Origin: Candidatus Zixiibacteriota bacterium | Lineage (GTDB): Bacteria; Zixibacteria; MSB-5A5; GN15; JAAZOE01 | Direction: 5' to 3' | NCBI GenBank assembly: GCA_043819555.1 | Contig: JBDREQ010000004.1 | Location: forward strand, 1-20,054 | Length of the DNA stretch: 20,054 bases | Shown: positions 8,401 to 16,497 of the stretch, in pieces | Position numbering within the stretch: position 1 is the stretch's first letter | Layout of the letters: each line of letters opens with the position of its first letter | Made by a program: the position numbers and the translations under genes | Notes under the pieces: generated by a model | The model's database searches: none | The model's input: only the letters and a program-made list of their open reading frames with translations | Told to the model about the DNA's origin: nothing

Positions 8401-9864
8401 CTACATTTCCGATGCCAATTGGTTGGCCTTAATCCTTATACTGGCTTGTTGGCTATTATTGATGCTATTGAAATTGGCCGCCTTCCTGTAATATTCTTTG
8501 GCGTGAATGAGATCACCTTTACTCTGGTATGCTTTGCCCAGAAAAAAGTAATTATAGGCGTTCTGGAGGTTCGATTGTAAAAGTTCCTCAATAGCAAGAT
8601 CAAATTTGCCTTCCTTCAGAGCGATTAAACCGAACAACTGGTGTGCCCCCCTGATTTGCGTGGGATGTTGTGATGTCAAAGCTCTCGTACGGTATTTAAG
8701 CGCATTCACTTTCGCCTGTTCTACATTTCCCATAGCCACGTACGCACGGCAGGTTCTATAGAAGTATGCCTGTTCACTTTGGCCTTTTGTTGCTTCCGAT
8801 AGTGAAGATGCCTGAACCATTGTTCTTGCTTGCTCGAACTTGCTTATCGCTTCCTCTTCGCGGTCTTCGACTTCAATCAAGGCAAAGCCCATTAGGGCTA
8901 AATCACCAGCCATCGCGGAGGTGTCGCCTTTCGCCTCGGCAATAGCGTATCGTTTTTGATACTGTTCCAAGGCCTGATCAAACTTGCCTTCATCAATATA
9001 TGAAAACGCCATTGTGCTTAAGGCTGTCCGACGCTGTCCATCGTCCTTGGCTCCATTGTACATTAGTTGTAATTGTTCACGCGCTTTTTCGTGTTGCCCC
9101 AAATAACTAAAATTGGAAGCAATACCAATATGTGAGAAAGTAAAATCCGGATTGAGAGCCAGCGCGGCTTTGTACTGCTCATTCGATTCGTTGAAGCGGC
9201 CCATCTTCATCAAGAGCTCGGCGTATGAATTATGGGGATTGGGATCATCCGGAATGTATTCGACGTACTTCTTGAAAGCCTTCTCAGCATCAGCGTAACG
9301 CTCAAGAAACATTAAGGCATAACCCATTTGGTTATATACAGCTGAAAATTCCGAGTTAATATGTATGGCAAGTTCGCATTCTCTTACAACTAATGCCCAT
9401 TCCTGTTGGGCATAGTAATTCCCGACCAGTAGATTGTGTGAACGTTCGTCATTGGGATACATATTGACCAGTCTCTCATATAATTCTCTTTGTTTTAAAG
9501 GCTTGCTCTCATAATATCCTGCCTCAAATCCGAGAATCCAAAGCTGTTCCGCCTCTGATACTTTATGCAAAAGGGCCCTGGCTTTGCTAAAACTATCAAA
9601 AGACTCCTTGGTCGAAGATTGCACCCTCGCCAACTGAAGATAGGCAATGGCAAATTCGGGATCTAAGTCGACAGCTTTCAAAAAATACTGCTGCGCCTCC
9701 CGGTATCTCAGTTTTTCAAGAAGCTCTCGTCCTTGCAGATAACTTGCTTTCGCTATATCTGAAGATGTTGTTATTGGCATCTTTCCTGATACGCAGAAAG
9801 CCGGGGGTGGCATCAACAAGACTGCGCCCACACAAACCAATAACATCACACTGAGTATTTTCAT
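8401..9864 (-). CDS. Secreted tetratricopeptide repeat protein
   Basis: AAGGAGG RBS, signal peptide, ITTSSxxAxxxYLQG motif, then many TPRs. Confidence 0.9.
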   Translation of the reverse strand: MKILSVMLLVCVGAVLLMPPPAFCVSGKMPITTSSDIAKASYLQGRELLEKLRYREAQQYFLKAVDLDPEFAIAYLQLARVQSSTKESFDSFSKARALLHKVSEAEQLWILGFEAGYYESKPLKQRELYERLVNMYPNDERSHNLLVGNYYAQQEWALVVRECELAIHINSEFSAVYNQMGYALMFLERYADAEKAFKKYVEYIPDDPNPHNSYAELLMKMGRFNESNEQYKAALALNPDFTFSHIGIASNFSYLGQHEKAREQLQLMYNGAKDDGQRRTALSTMAFSYIDEGKFDQALEQYQKRYAIAEAKGDTSAMAGDLALMGFALIEVEDREEEAISKFEQARTMVQASSLSEATKGQSEQAYFYRTCRAYVAMGNVEQAKVNALKYRTRALTSQHPTQIRGAHQLFGLIALKEGKFDLAIEELLQSNLQNAYNYFFLGKAYQSKGDLIHAKEYYRKAANFNSINNSQQASIRIKANQLASEM

Positions 9865-9976
9865 AGTACCTCCTTATTGATAGACTGCAAAATCTACACA
9901 AAGATTCTCGCGATCGTTCCGTCCTCATCAAATTCAATAAAAAATCTTTGAAAATGCCCATTAAATTTAAATGGCC

Positions 9977-10001
9977 GGGCCAATGCGAGTTTTGCCCTAC
10001 G
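9977..10001 (-). repeat. Possible REP-like hairpin with GTAG foot
   Basis: The minus strand reads CGTAGGGCAAAACTCGCATTGGCCC, an imperfect GGGCAAA/TTGGCCC stem. Confidence 0.35.
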
Positions 10002-10131
10002 ATAAACTCCGATTTGCTGCCCTAAGGTACCACAAAAAACCAGCAATTAATCATTTTTGTTGCCAAAATTTTCGGACCGCTGGTCCACAGTTCCGCACTT
10101 ACTCGACTCCTGGAACACCGGTCGTACAAAA

Positions 10132-10650
10132 TTAGTTTTTTAGAGATTTAAGCTCTTCAGCCATTGCCTCTTCAGGCAGGGTGGTTACAATATCGGAAAT
10201 CTGTTTCCATCCTTCCTTTGTTCTACGGTAAGTTGACTGCCAGGCATAAATACCCTCATATGGTTCGGCTTCCGGCTGTGCTATCCGCGTCATGACCAGG
10301 TGCTTTTTGTAGATTACTGTAGCCAGACTGGCATCATCGGAAATTGTCACAATCGGATCGATAAGATCATCCCAGGCCGTAATATTCATGGAACCGATGT
10401 AGTTCTGAAAACGCTCTGAATCATCCTCATGCGTGGGATGAGTTACCTGACCCGAATTGACCTGGGTATACGGATAGCCCTGTCCAGAAATAATTATGCC
10501 TGCGTTTCCCTCGATATGGGCGGTTCTCATTTCCTGGTTTAGACTAAGTAATTCCTGCCGATGAGTTTCCACGTCTATTTTACTGCAACAGCCGGGAATA
10601 ATCCATCCCGTAAGAAAAAGGAAACAAATAACCGAAATCAATTTCATCAT
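10132..10650 (-). CDS. NTF2/SnoaL-like (DUF4440-like) lipoprotein
   Basis: AGGAGG RBS; signal ending IPGC; DPIVTISDDASLATV and STYRRTKEGWKQI are typical NTF2-fold segments. Confidence 0.75.
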   Translation of the reverse strand: MMKLISVICFLFLTGWIIPGCCSKIDVETHRQELLSLNQEMRTAHIEGNAGIIISGQGYPYTQVNSGQVTHPTHEDDSERFQNYIGSMNITAWDDLIDPIVTISDDASLATVIYKKHLVMTRIAQPEAEPYEGIYAWQSTYRRTKEGWKQISDIVTTLPEEAMAEELKSLKN

Positions 10651-10701
10651 TCTTCCTCCTATTGTGGCTAATCAATATTAACAATTGCTAATAAAAATTC
10701 G

Positions 10702-12576
10702 TTAAAACATAGATTTTAGGAGATCGGAGGTGTCTGCCAATCCAAGTGTATCTCCAGTCAAAAGATTTTCAAACTCCACCGGTTCGAAAACTTCTCCGTT
10801 CCATTTCAAAAAGAGGTATCCGCTATAATCCAACGACTGGTCGAAATCAAACTGCACCTCCAGAACATCTCTCTTTGATTTGGTCAACTTTTGCAATGTC
10901 GCGGCGAAAAGAGGCGTTTGATATTGGTCTTCCAATTTCAGCCGGGACTTGGTACGAATAACGCGAGCAAACATATTGTCGAGCCAACCGGATCTGTCAG
11001 TTCGAATAACAATGGATGAATCGCCCGTTTTCTCCATGCTATAAACACCATTGCCTGATGACAAAACCCATACGTCCTGCGGTCCTTCCGAAACATAATT
11101 GAAAATATCATATGCGTATATTGTAAGCATAAATCCGGATGTATTGAGAACAATAATATGCTCAGGTTTATGTTCTTCAATATGAGGCAATGCTGTTCGT
11201 ATCTCTTGCTCGGGTCCGTCCAAGCCGGGTAAGTATGCCCAGGGCATGGCAAGAGATAAAAGGGTTCCGGGTATCAGAATTATCCACATTGTCATCCAGC
11301 CCACAATTCGAGTATGCCTATTCATTGCTGGCAAAAAGGGATTAATGCGTTGGGCAAGCGGCCGGATGGTGAGTAGAATCATCGCCAACAAAATACTGGC
11401 CGGAATCATTGCAAAATAAAGTCCCCGCTCACTCGCCGTAGTTGCCAACTCGGGAAGGAGAGATACCATGTAAGCCAGAATAGCCCATTGAACCAGCGGC
11501 ATTTTCTTGAAGGGCCAGAGCGCAAAAGCCCATATGACAAGAAATACTGTGCCGAGTACAGCTGCGATCCAAAGTACAGATGGTGCAAACATCAGTAGGA
11601 AAGGAGAGATTGGAGAAAACGTACCCAGCCACATGATAGGGAGATTCGTTACCAGGTTTGATATATAACCGATCGGATCAGCAAATGGACTGACATACAT
11701 CAAGCTGCCGATGGTACCTAATCCCAGCGATTTGTAGACTATTAGATAAATGACAAGCATTATCATAGCAGGCGCCCATGACCAGGGATCCCGGACAAAT
11801 CGCTTAAATCTCTGTAACAGTGAATAATCAGTCCTGTTATTTTCCAATGTGCCGGTTGGCATAAAAAAAGTAAAGGACATTATAATTAGCGGCGATACCG
11901 AGGCAGATTCTTTGCAGGCCATGGCGAACAAGAGCATGAGAAGTGAAGTTGCGACAACCAGTGGTCTTCGATGTTGCAGCCAATATACATGCGCCAGTAA
12001 TGCTAACACCGTGAACAATACAGCAAGCGGGCCTGTGAAAGCAGTGATCCATCCCAGCAGTATGCTGTGATCTTCACAGGTGATGAAAAACACTCCGGCC
12101 GCAAGTGCTAACCAGTGATGTCTCGTAAGCTTTCGGACAAAGAGATAAAGCGTGACACCAACTCCTGTGTGGATCAGGATCAGCAGAATGTGAAGTGGGA
12201 ATGAGTTCTTGCCAAAGACGCCTACAAATCCTTCAAAAATAAGGCTTGGTATTGGCCGCCAGAAGAAACCGCCGCCCGAACTGGTCCAGTCTTTCCACCA
12301 GACATTATCAAGAAAATTCCAGTCGCTTGCCGAGATTGACCACATCCCAAGCCGGCGCGAGAACGGCAAAGGATCTTGTTTCAGGATATTCAGAAAGATA
12401 ACATCGTCACCGCTAAACCCCGCCAGCAGGTACGGCCAGTTTAATATGAAGGCCAACAGAGAAATCAGGATCATCGCAAATACCCTGCTATTCCAGTACG
12501 AGATACTCTGTCCTTCCGCCAATTGGTAGTATTCTTGTTTTTCCGCCATCGTTTCCAATCTCCAAATAACTATCAT
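10702..12576 (-). CDS. Polytopic membrane protein, probable GT-C fold glycosyltransferase (TMTC/PMT-like)
   Basis: Roughly 11-13 hydrophobic segments; DD in the first loop (GFSGDD), FFWRP, ACKES and SERGLY motifs; soluble C-terminal domain. The start may be ATG 12549. Confidence 0.7.
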   Translation of the reverse strand: MIVIWRLETMAEKQEYYQLAEGQSISYWNSRVFAMILISLLAFILNWPYLLAGFSGDDVIFLNILKQDPLPFSRRLGMWSISASDWNFLDNVWWKDWTSSGGGFFWRPIPSLIFEGFVGVFGKNSFPLHILLILIHTGVGVTLYLFVRKLTRHHWLALAAGVFFITCEDHSILLGWITAFTGPLAVLFTVLALLAHVYWLQHRRPLVVATSLLMLLFAMACKESASVSPLIIMSFTFFMPTGTLENNRTDYSLLQRFKRFVRDPWSWAPAMIMLVIYLIVYKSLGLGTIGSLMYVSPFADPIGYISNLVTNLPIMWLGTFSPISPFLLMFAPSVLWIAAVLGTVFLVIWAFALWPFKKMPLVQWAILAYMVSLLPELATTASERGLYFAMIPASILLAMILLTIRPLAQRINPFLPAMNRHTRIVGWMTMWIILIPGTLLSLAMPWAYLPGLDGPEQEIRTALPHIEEHKPEHIIVLNTSGFMLTIYAYDIFNYVSEGPQDVWVLSSGNGVYSMEKTGDSSIVIRTDRSGWLDNMFARVIRTKSRLKLEDQYQTPLFAATLQKLTKSKRDVLEVQFDFDQSLDYSGYLFLKWNGEVFEPVEFENLLTGDTLGLADTSDLLKSMF

Positions 12577-12664
12577 CCAGTCAGGTCAAAAGATGACAAA
12601 AAACGATACTTTTACTCAACATTTGGTTACCGCAGCCCGGTCAATCTTCGATTGTCTAATCGTC

Positions 12665-13510
12665 TTATTTGACTGGCACAGGAATAAAAACGACCTTATT
12701 TGCTTCATAACGGCAAAGAGCAATAACGTGGTCTTTTCGATTATATACTAAACCCGAAGGCGTTTCCTGGTCGCGCATCACTTCTATGGATTTACTGGGT
12801 TGTTCAGTATTAAATCGATAAACAGATCCGCCGTTTAGATAACTGGCAACGTAAATATCACCTTTGTCGCCAATCGCGATGCCCTCAAATTCACCGATTT
12901 CAGTATTGATTAAGTCAGTGACTTTTCCATCATTTATGTTTACAGCCTTTATGGGAGCATGCGGTTGATGTTCAACGACGATCAGCCTGTCATTGGATAT
13001 ATCATAGGCGCAATTATGGAGGTGCAGGTTAAGTCCTTCATCAGATAATAGTTTGTGAGTACCGTCATTGACAGATATCTTGAAAACTTTACCTTTTGGC
13101 GCAGTGACATAAACAAACCCGTTTGTATCAGCCGCGATTCCAGCGGTTCCATAGATAGTCTCGATTTCGACATCCAAAAATAATTTACGGGAAGAAAGTA
13201 TATATCCGGCGACGCGGCTGTCGACAGCCACATAAAGTGTATCTCCCATAATATCCAGAGATTTACAATTGCCATTTGTTTCCAAAACTATACTCTGGAT
13301 ATTATTACTATCGATACCAATTATCCTGCCATCTGTATAGTTTGATACAAGATATCTGTTATTGGTACTATCGAATGCGACATCCATTGGATTATTAAGT
13401 AAATCTTCAGCCTGGGATTCTGGTATTAGGCTGGCCAATTGCAGAATTACGAAAATTGCAGTCAGAAAATTCACAATTGATTTTTGACCAACATATAGCC
13501 TGTATATCAT
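12665..13510 (-). CDS. Secreted six-bladed beta-propeller (SMP-30/gluconolactonase/NHL-like)
   Basis: Signal peptide ending SQA; blades such as NPMDVAFD, GIAADTNGFVYVT, EGIAIGDKGDIYVAS. Its ATG overlaps the anti-sigma TGA (ATGA). Confidence 0.85.
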   Translation of the reverse strand: MIYRLYVGQKSIVNFLTAIFVILQLASLIPESQAEDLLNNPMDVAFDSTNNRYLVSNYTDGRIIGIDSNNIQSIVLETNGNCKSLDIMGDTLYVAVDSRVAGYILSSRKLFLDVEIETIYGTAGIAADTNGFVYVTAPKGKVFKISVNDGTHKLLSDEGLNLHLHNCAYDISNDRLIVVEHQPHAPIKAVNINDGKVTDLINTEIGEFEGIAIGDKGDIYVASYLNGGSVYRFNTEQPSKSIEVMRDQETPSGLVYNRKDHVIALCRYEANKVVFIPVPVK

Positions 13511-15777
13511 AATCTTGCTTTCAGTGCATTTAGGCGATTTTGGGTGTCAATAATTTCCGGGAGTGTTGAGGCTGAATTGCCCCATTTATTCAAAAAGTAA
13601 GAGTATTGGTTGACTGCTTCATCGATGTTCCCCAATTCTTCATAGGCACGTCCCAGAAAATAGCGCGTACTTATATTCCAGGTTCCATAATATAAACGCT
13701 CTTCGCAGTATTTATCGTTAAGTGATTCAAATATTTCTATAGATTTTTCGAAATTACCTGCTTTCCAATTAGCCTTGCCAAATAAATATTGTGAATAATA
13801 CTCCTTCATGGTGTCAGTGCACTTTTCAAGATATTCAACCGCGGTATTATAATGTTCCTTAAAATATTCGATAGCGCCCATTGAATAATAATAATCCCCA
13901 GCTTTTACCCCTGTTGATGCCGGATCTGCAATATCCTGAGCAATTTCTGATGCCCGTTCCAGTTGCCCTGCTTCTGCAAGAATATATACATATAAGAAAT
14001 TCAAACCCTTATTACTCTCGGAACTCGTGCGTGTTTGTATAAGAACGGCAGTATCCATTGCCGCGACAGCCTTTTCGTAATTTCTCAAGATTGAATATGA
14101 CAACGCCTCAACAACATAAAAAGACAGGAAATTTCCACCTTCCGGATTCCCACCTTTTTCATTTATACAATGGTCAACCGCAGTTTCCATAATTTGAATC
14201 GCTTTATTGAAGTTGCCTTGACGCATTAGTATATATGCTTCACCCAATGATCTCTCCGCAAAGTATCTGTCATCCTGTACATTTTTCAACTTATGAAATG
14301 TTCGATTGGCGTTTTCATATTGGCCGTTGTGAGTATAACTATATCCAAGTTTCAGAAGAGATGTATAAAAATCAGGTTTTCGATCCAGAGCGTTTTGATA
14401 AGCTGCAATGGCGCTATCAAGTTGCCCCAGTATATTAAAAATATCACCTCGGGTATCATATGGATTGGCTTCAAGGGGAGCAATTCTAAGGTATTGATCA
14501 TTGTTTTCCAAGGCGTTTTTGAGATCACCCATCATCAAATATATATAGGTTAATAGATTAAATGCTTGTCTGTAATTTGAATCAATCTCTATCGCCTGTT
14601 TTGCATGATTTATGGCGCTCTGCAATTCACCATTATCACTATATAGCATTGCCAGCCTGTAATGTACCTCCTTCTCTAAGGGGAATTTATCTACTAGCTT
14701 TAATAAGGTTTGTTTCTGATTCGGAATATCATTGTGATAGGCAGCGTAAAGACTTTGGATATACAACTGTTCTTTTTCAATGGCATCGGGAGAGTAAAGG
14801 AGCGCTTTATCAATTTGACTATGATCATATAATAAGGCAAGGTAATAATATGCCATGGCGAAAGTCGAATCATACTCTATAGCTTTGGAAAAATTCTCAA
14901 CAGCGTCGTCAATATAATACTTTGCGTATTGTTCGATTCCCGCCATATAATATCCATAAGCTTCTTCTGAGTGGGTGGTAACTTCGGCAATCGGTCGATC
15001 CCGTCTGTCGATGACGCCGTCAGGTAAAGATAAGTCATTGGTAATGGCTATTTTAAGTCTATCGACTAAAGGAAATACGCCTTCCCGAATCGGGCCAGAT
15101 ACTTTTTGAGAAGCGGTAACAGTATCGCCGGGAATATTATACAAGTAGGAATTGATAACAATACTATCATGTTTTTCAGAGACTTCTCCGGTTATCATCC
15201 AATTGGCTTGAGCGATAATGGCAACTTCCCGGGCGACGGTTTGATTAATCGCACAAAAATCGTCATTATTTAGTGATGTTAATATATCAAATATTCTTTG
15301 GGTAGAAACAACCTCAACCAGCCGCGATTCTGATAAATCTGTTGATAATAGAGAAGAAATTATTTCACAACTTTCCGCAAAAGGGGCATTTTTTCGCAGG
15401 TCTTCAAAATATACAATGGCAATTCGATTTTCTCCAGCGATTGATTCATTAGTAGGGCTAATCTCAATTTTCCATGGCTTAACAATCAGGATTATTAAAA
15501 GTGCCAAAATGACAGCCGAAGCAGGCATAAATCGGCGGAAAAATCCCGAATGTATAGGTTTAGTTTTTGTCTCTTTGACCGCCTTTTCAACTATTATTCG
15601 AAGTTCGGCATCTTCATTTAATAGACGCGAAGTATCTTTAAATTGCTTTACATTTTCAAAGCAATAATTACAGTGATACAAATGTATTTCAAAATTTTGC
15701 CGTTGATCCTCCGGCAACAAATCTAATTCATAAGGATGAATAAGTTGCCCTAACGCTTTGTCAGTGCATTTACTCAT
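13507..15777 (-). CDS. Transmembrane anti-sigma factor: zf-HC2 (ZAS), TM helix, TolB-N/CsgG-like domain, TPR array
   Basis: FEIHLYHCNYC (HxxxCxxC); TM ASAVILALLIILIV; RIAIVYFED...LSTDLSESRLVEVVSTQR; many TPRs. It lies directly downstream of the sigma gene with an 8-bp overlap at ATG 15777. Confidence 0.88.
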   Translation of the reverse strand: MSKCTDKALGQLIHPYELDLLPEDQRQNFEIHLYHCNYCFENVKQFKDTSRLLNEDAELRIIVEKAVKETKTKPIHSGFFRRFMPASAVILALLIILIVKPWKIEISPTNESIAGENRIAIVYFEDLRKNAPFAESCEIISSLLSTDLSESRLVEVVSTQRIFDILTSLNNDDFCAINQTVAREVAIIAQANWMITGEVSEKHDSIVINSYLYNIPGDTVTASQKVSGPIREGVFPLVDRLKIAITNDLSLPDGVIDRRDRPIAEVTTHSEEAYGYYMAGIEQYAKYYIDDAVENFSKAIEYDSTFAMAYYYLALLYDHSQIDKALLYSPDAIEKEQLYIQSLYAAYHNDIPNQKQTLLKLVDKFPLEKEVHYRLAMLYSDNGELQSAINHAKQAIEIDSNYRQAFNLLTYIYLMMGDLKNALENNDQYLRIAPLEANPYDTRGDIFNILGQLDSAIAAYQNALDRKPDFYTSLLKLGYSYTHNGQYENANRTFHKLKNVQDDRYFAERSLGEAYILMRQGNFNKAIQIMETAVDHCINEKGGNPEGGNFLSFYVVEALSYSILRNYEKAVAAMDTAVLIQTRTSSESNKGLNFLYVYILAEAGQLERASEIAQDIADPASTGVKAGDYYYSMGAIEYFKEHYNTAVEYLEKCTDTMKEYYSQYLFGKANWKAGNFEKSIEIFESLNDKYCEERLYYGTWNISTRYFLGRAYEELGNIDEAVNQYSYFLNKWGNSASTLPEIIDTQNRLNALKARL

Positions 15778-16345
15778 AATCAATATTCCCCTTCTCCAAA
15801 CAGTGTTTTAATATGGATCTTGCTCGAAAAAGAACTACGTAAAAATTCGATTCAGAAATATCCAATTTCTCGCAAATTTCATGAGTGGAATAACCCTGAT
15901 ATTTCAAATTAAGAATACGTGCGTATCTCTGATTTTTTATGCATAATTGTTTCATACAATTGCGGAGAGTTCTACGCAAATCCAAATTTGGCTCGTTTTT
16001 GTCAACGGTTTCAAATTCTAAGATTGAGTGATTCATCATTTTCTGTCCTTTGGCCTTTGATGAATAATGCCGCAAGATTTCATTGTGCAACACCTTATGA
16101 GCCCAGGCTGAAAAACTGGTATGAATATCTATCTCGCGATATTTATTTACCACAACGACAATTGCGCGCTGGACTACTTCCTCCCGGTCTTGGATACTTC
16201 TAATTTTATGCTCAGCAAAAAGATGGTATCTTACAGATAGTTGTTTAAATAATTGTTCTTCATATTGTTCCCTTGCTTCTAAAGCGCATTTGTAAAGCCC
16301 ATCAATGTCCATGTTATTCTGACCGTTCGTATGAAAAAATACCAA
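15770..16345 (-). CDS. ECF-type RNA polymerase sigma factor
   Basis: Region 2 DREEVVQ...SFSAWAHKVLHN; region 4 GYSTHEICEKLDISESNFYVVLFRARSILKHCL. The start may be ATG 16312. Confidence 0.92.
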   Translation of the reverse strand: MVFFHTNGQNNMDIDGLYKCALEAREQYEEQLFKQLSVRYHLFAEHKIRSIQDREEVVQRAIVVVVNKYREIDIHTSFSAWAHKVLHNEILRHYSSKAKGQKMMNHSILEFETVDKNEPNLDLRRTLRNCMKQLCIKNQRYARILNLKYQGYSTHEICEKLDISESNFYVVLFRARSILKHCLEKGNIDYE

Positions 16346-16497
16346 TAATTTCCTTTATCTGCAATGTAGGCAAAGTTTTGAAGCCAGGCAAGTAAGAGAT
16401 TTTACTTTGCGAAATTAAAAATTATAATACTCTAATGTAAGAAATCCGAGGTTCGGAGAGCAAATCCATAAAAAGCACTAAATTGGAGATAATTTTT

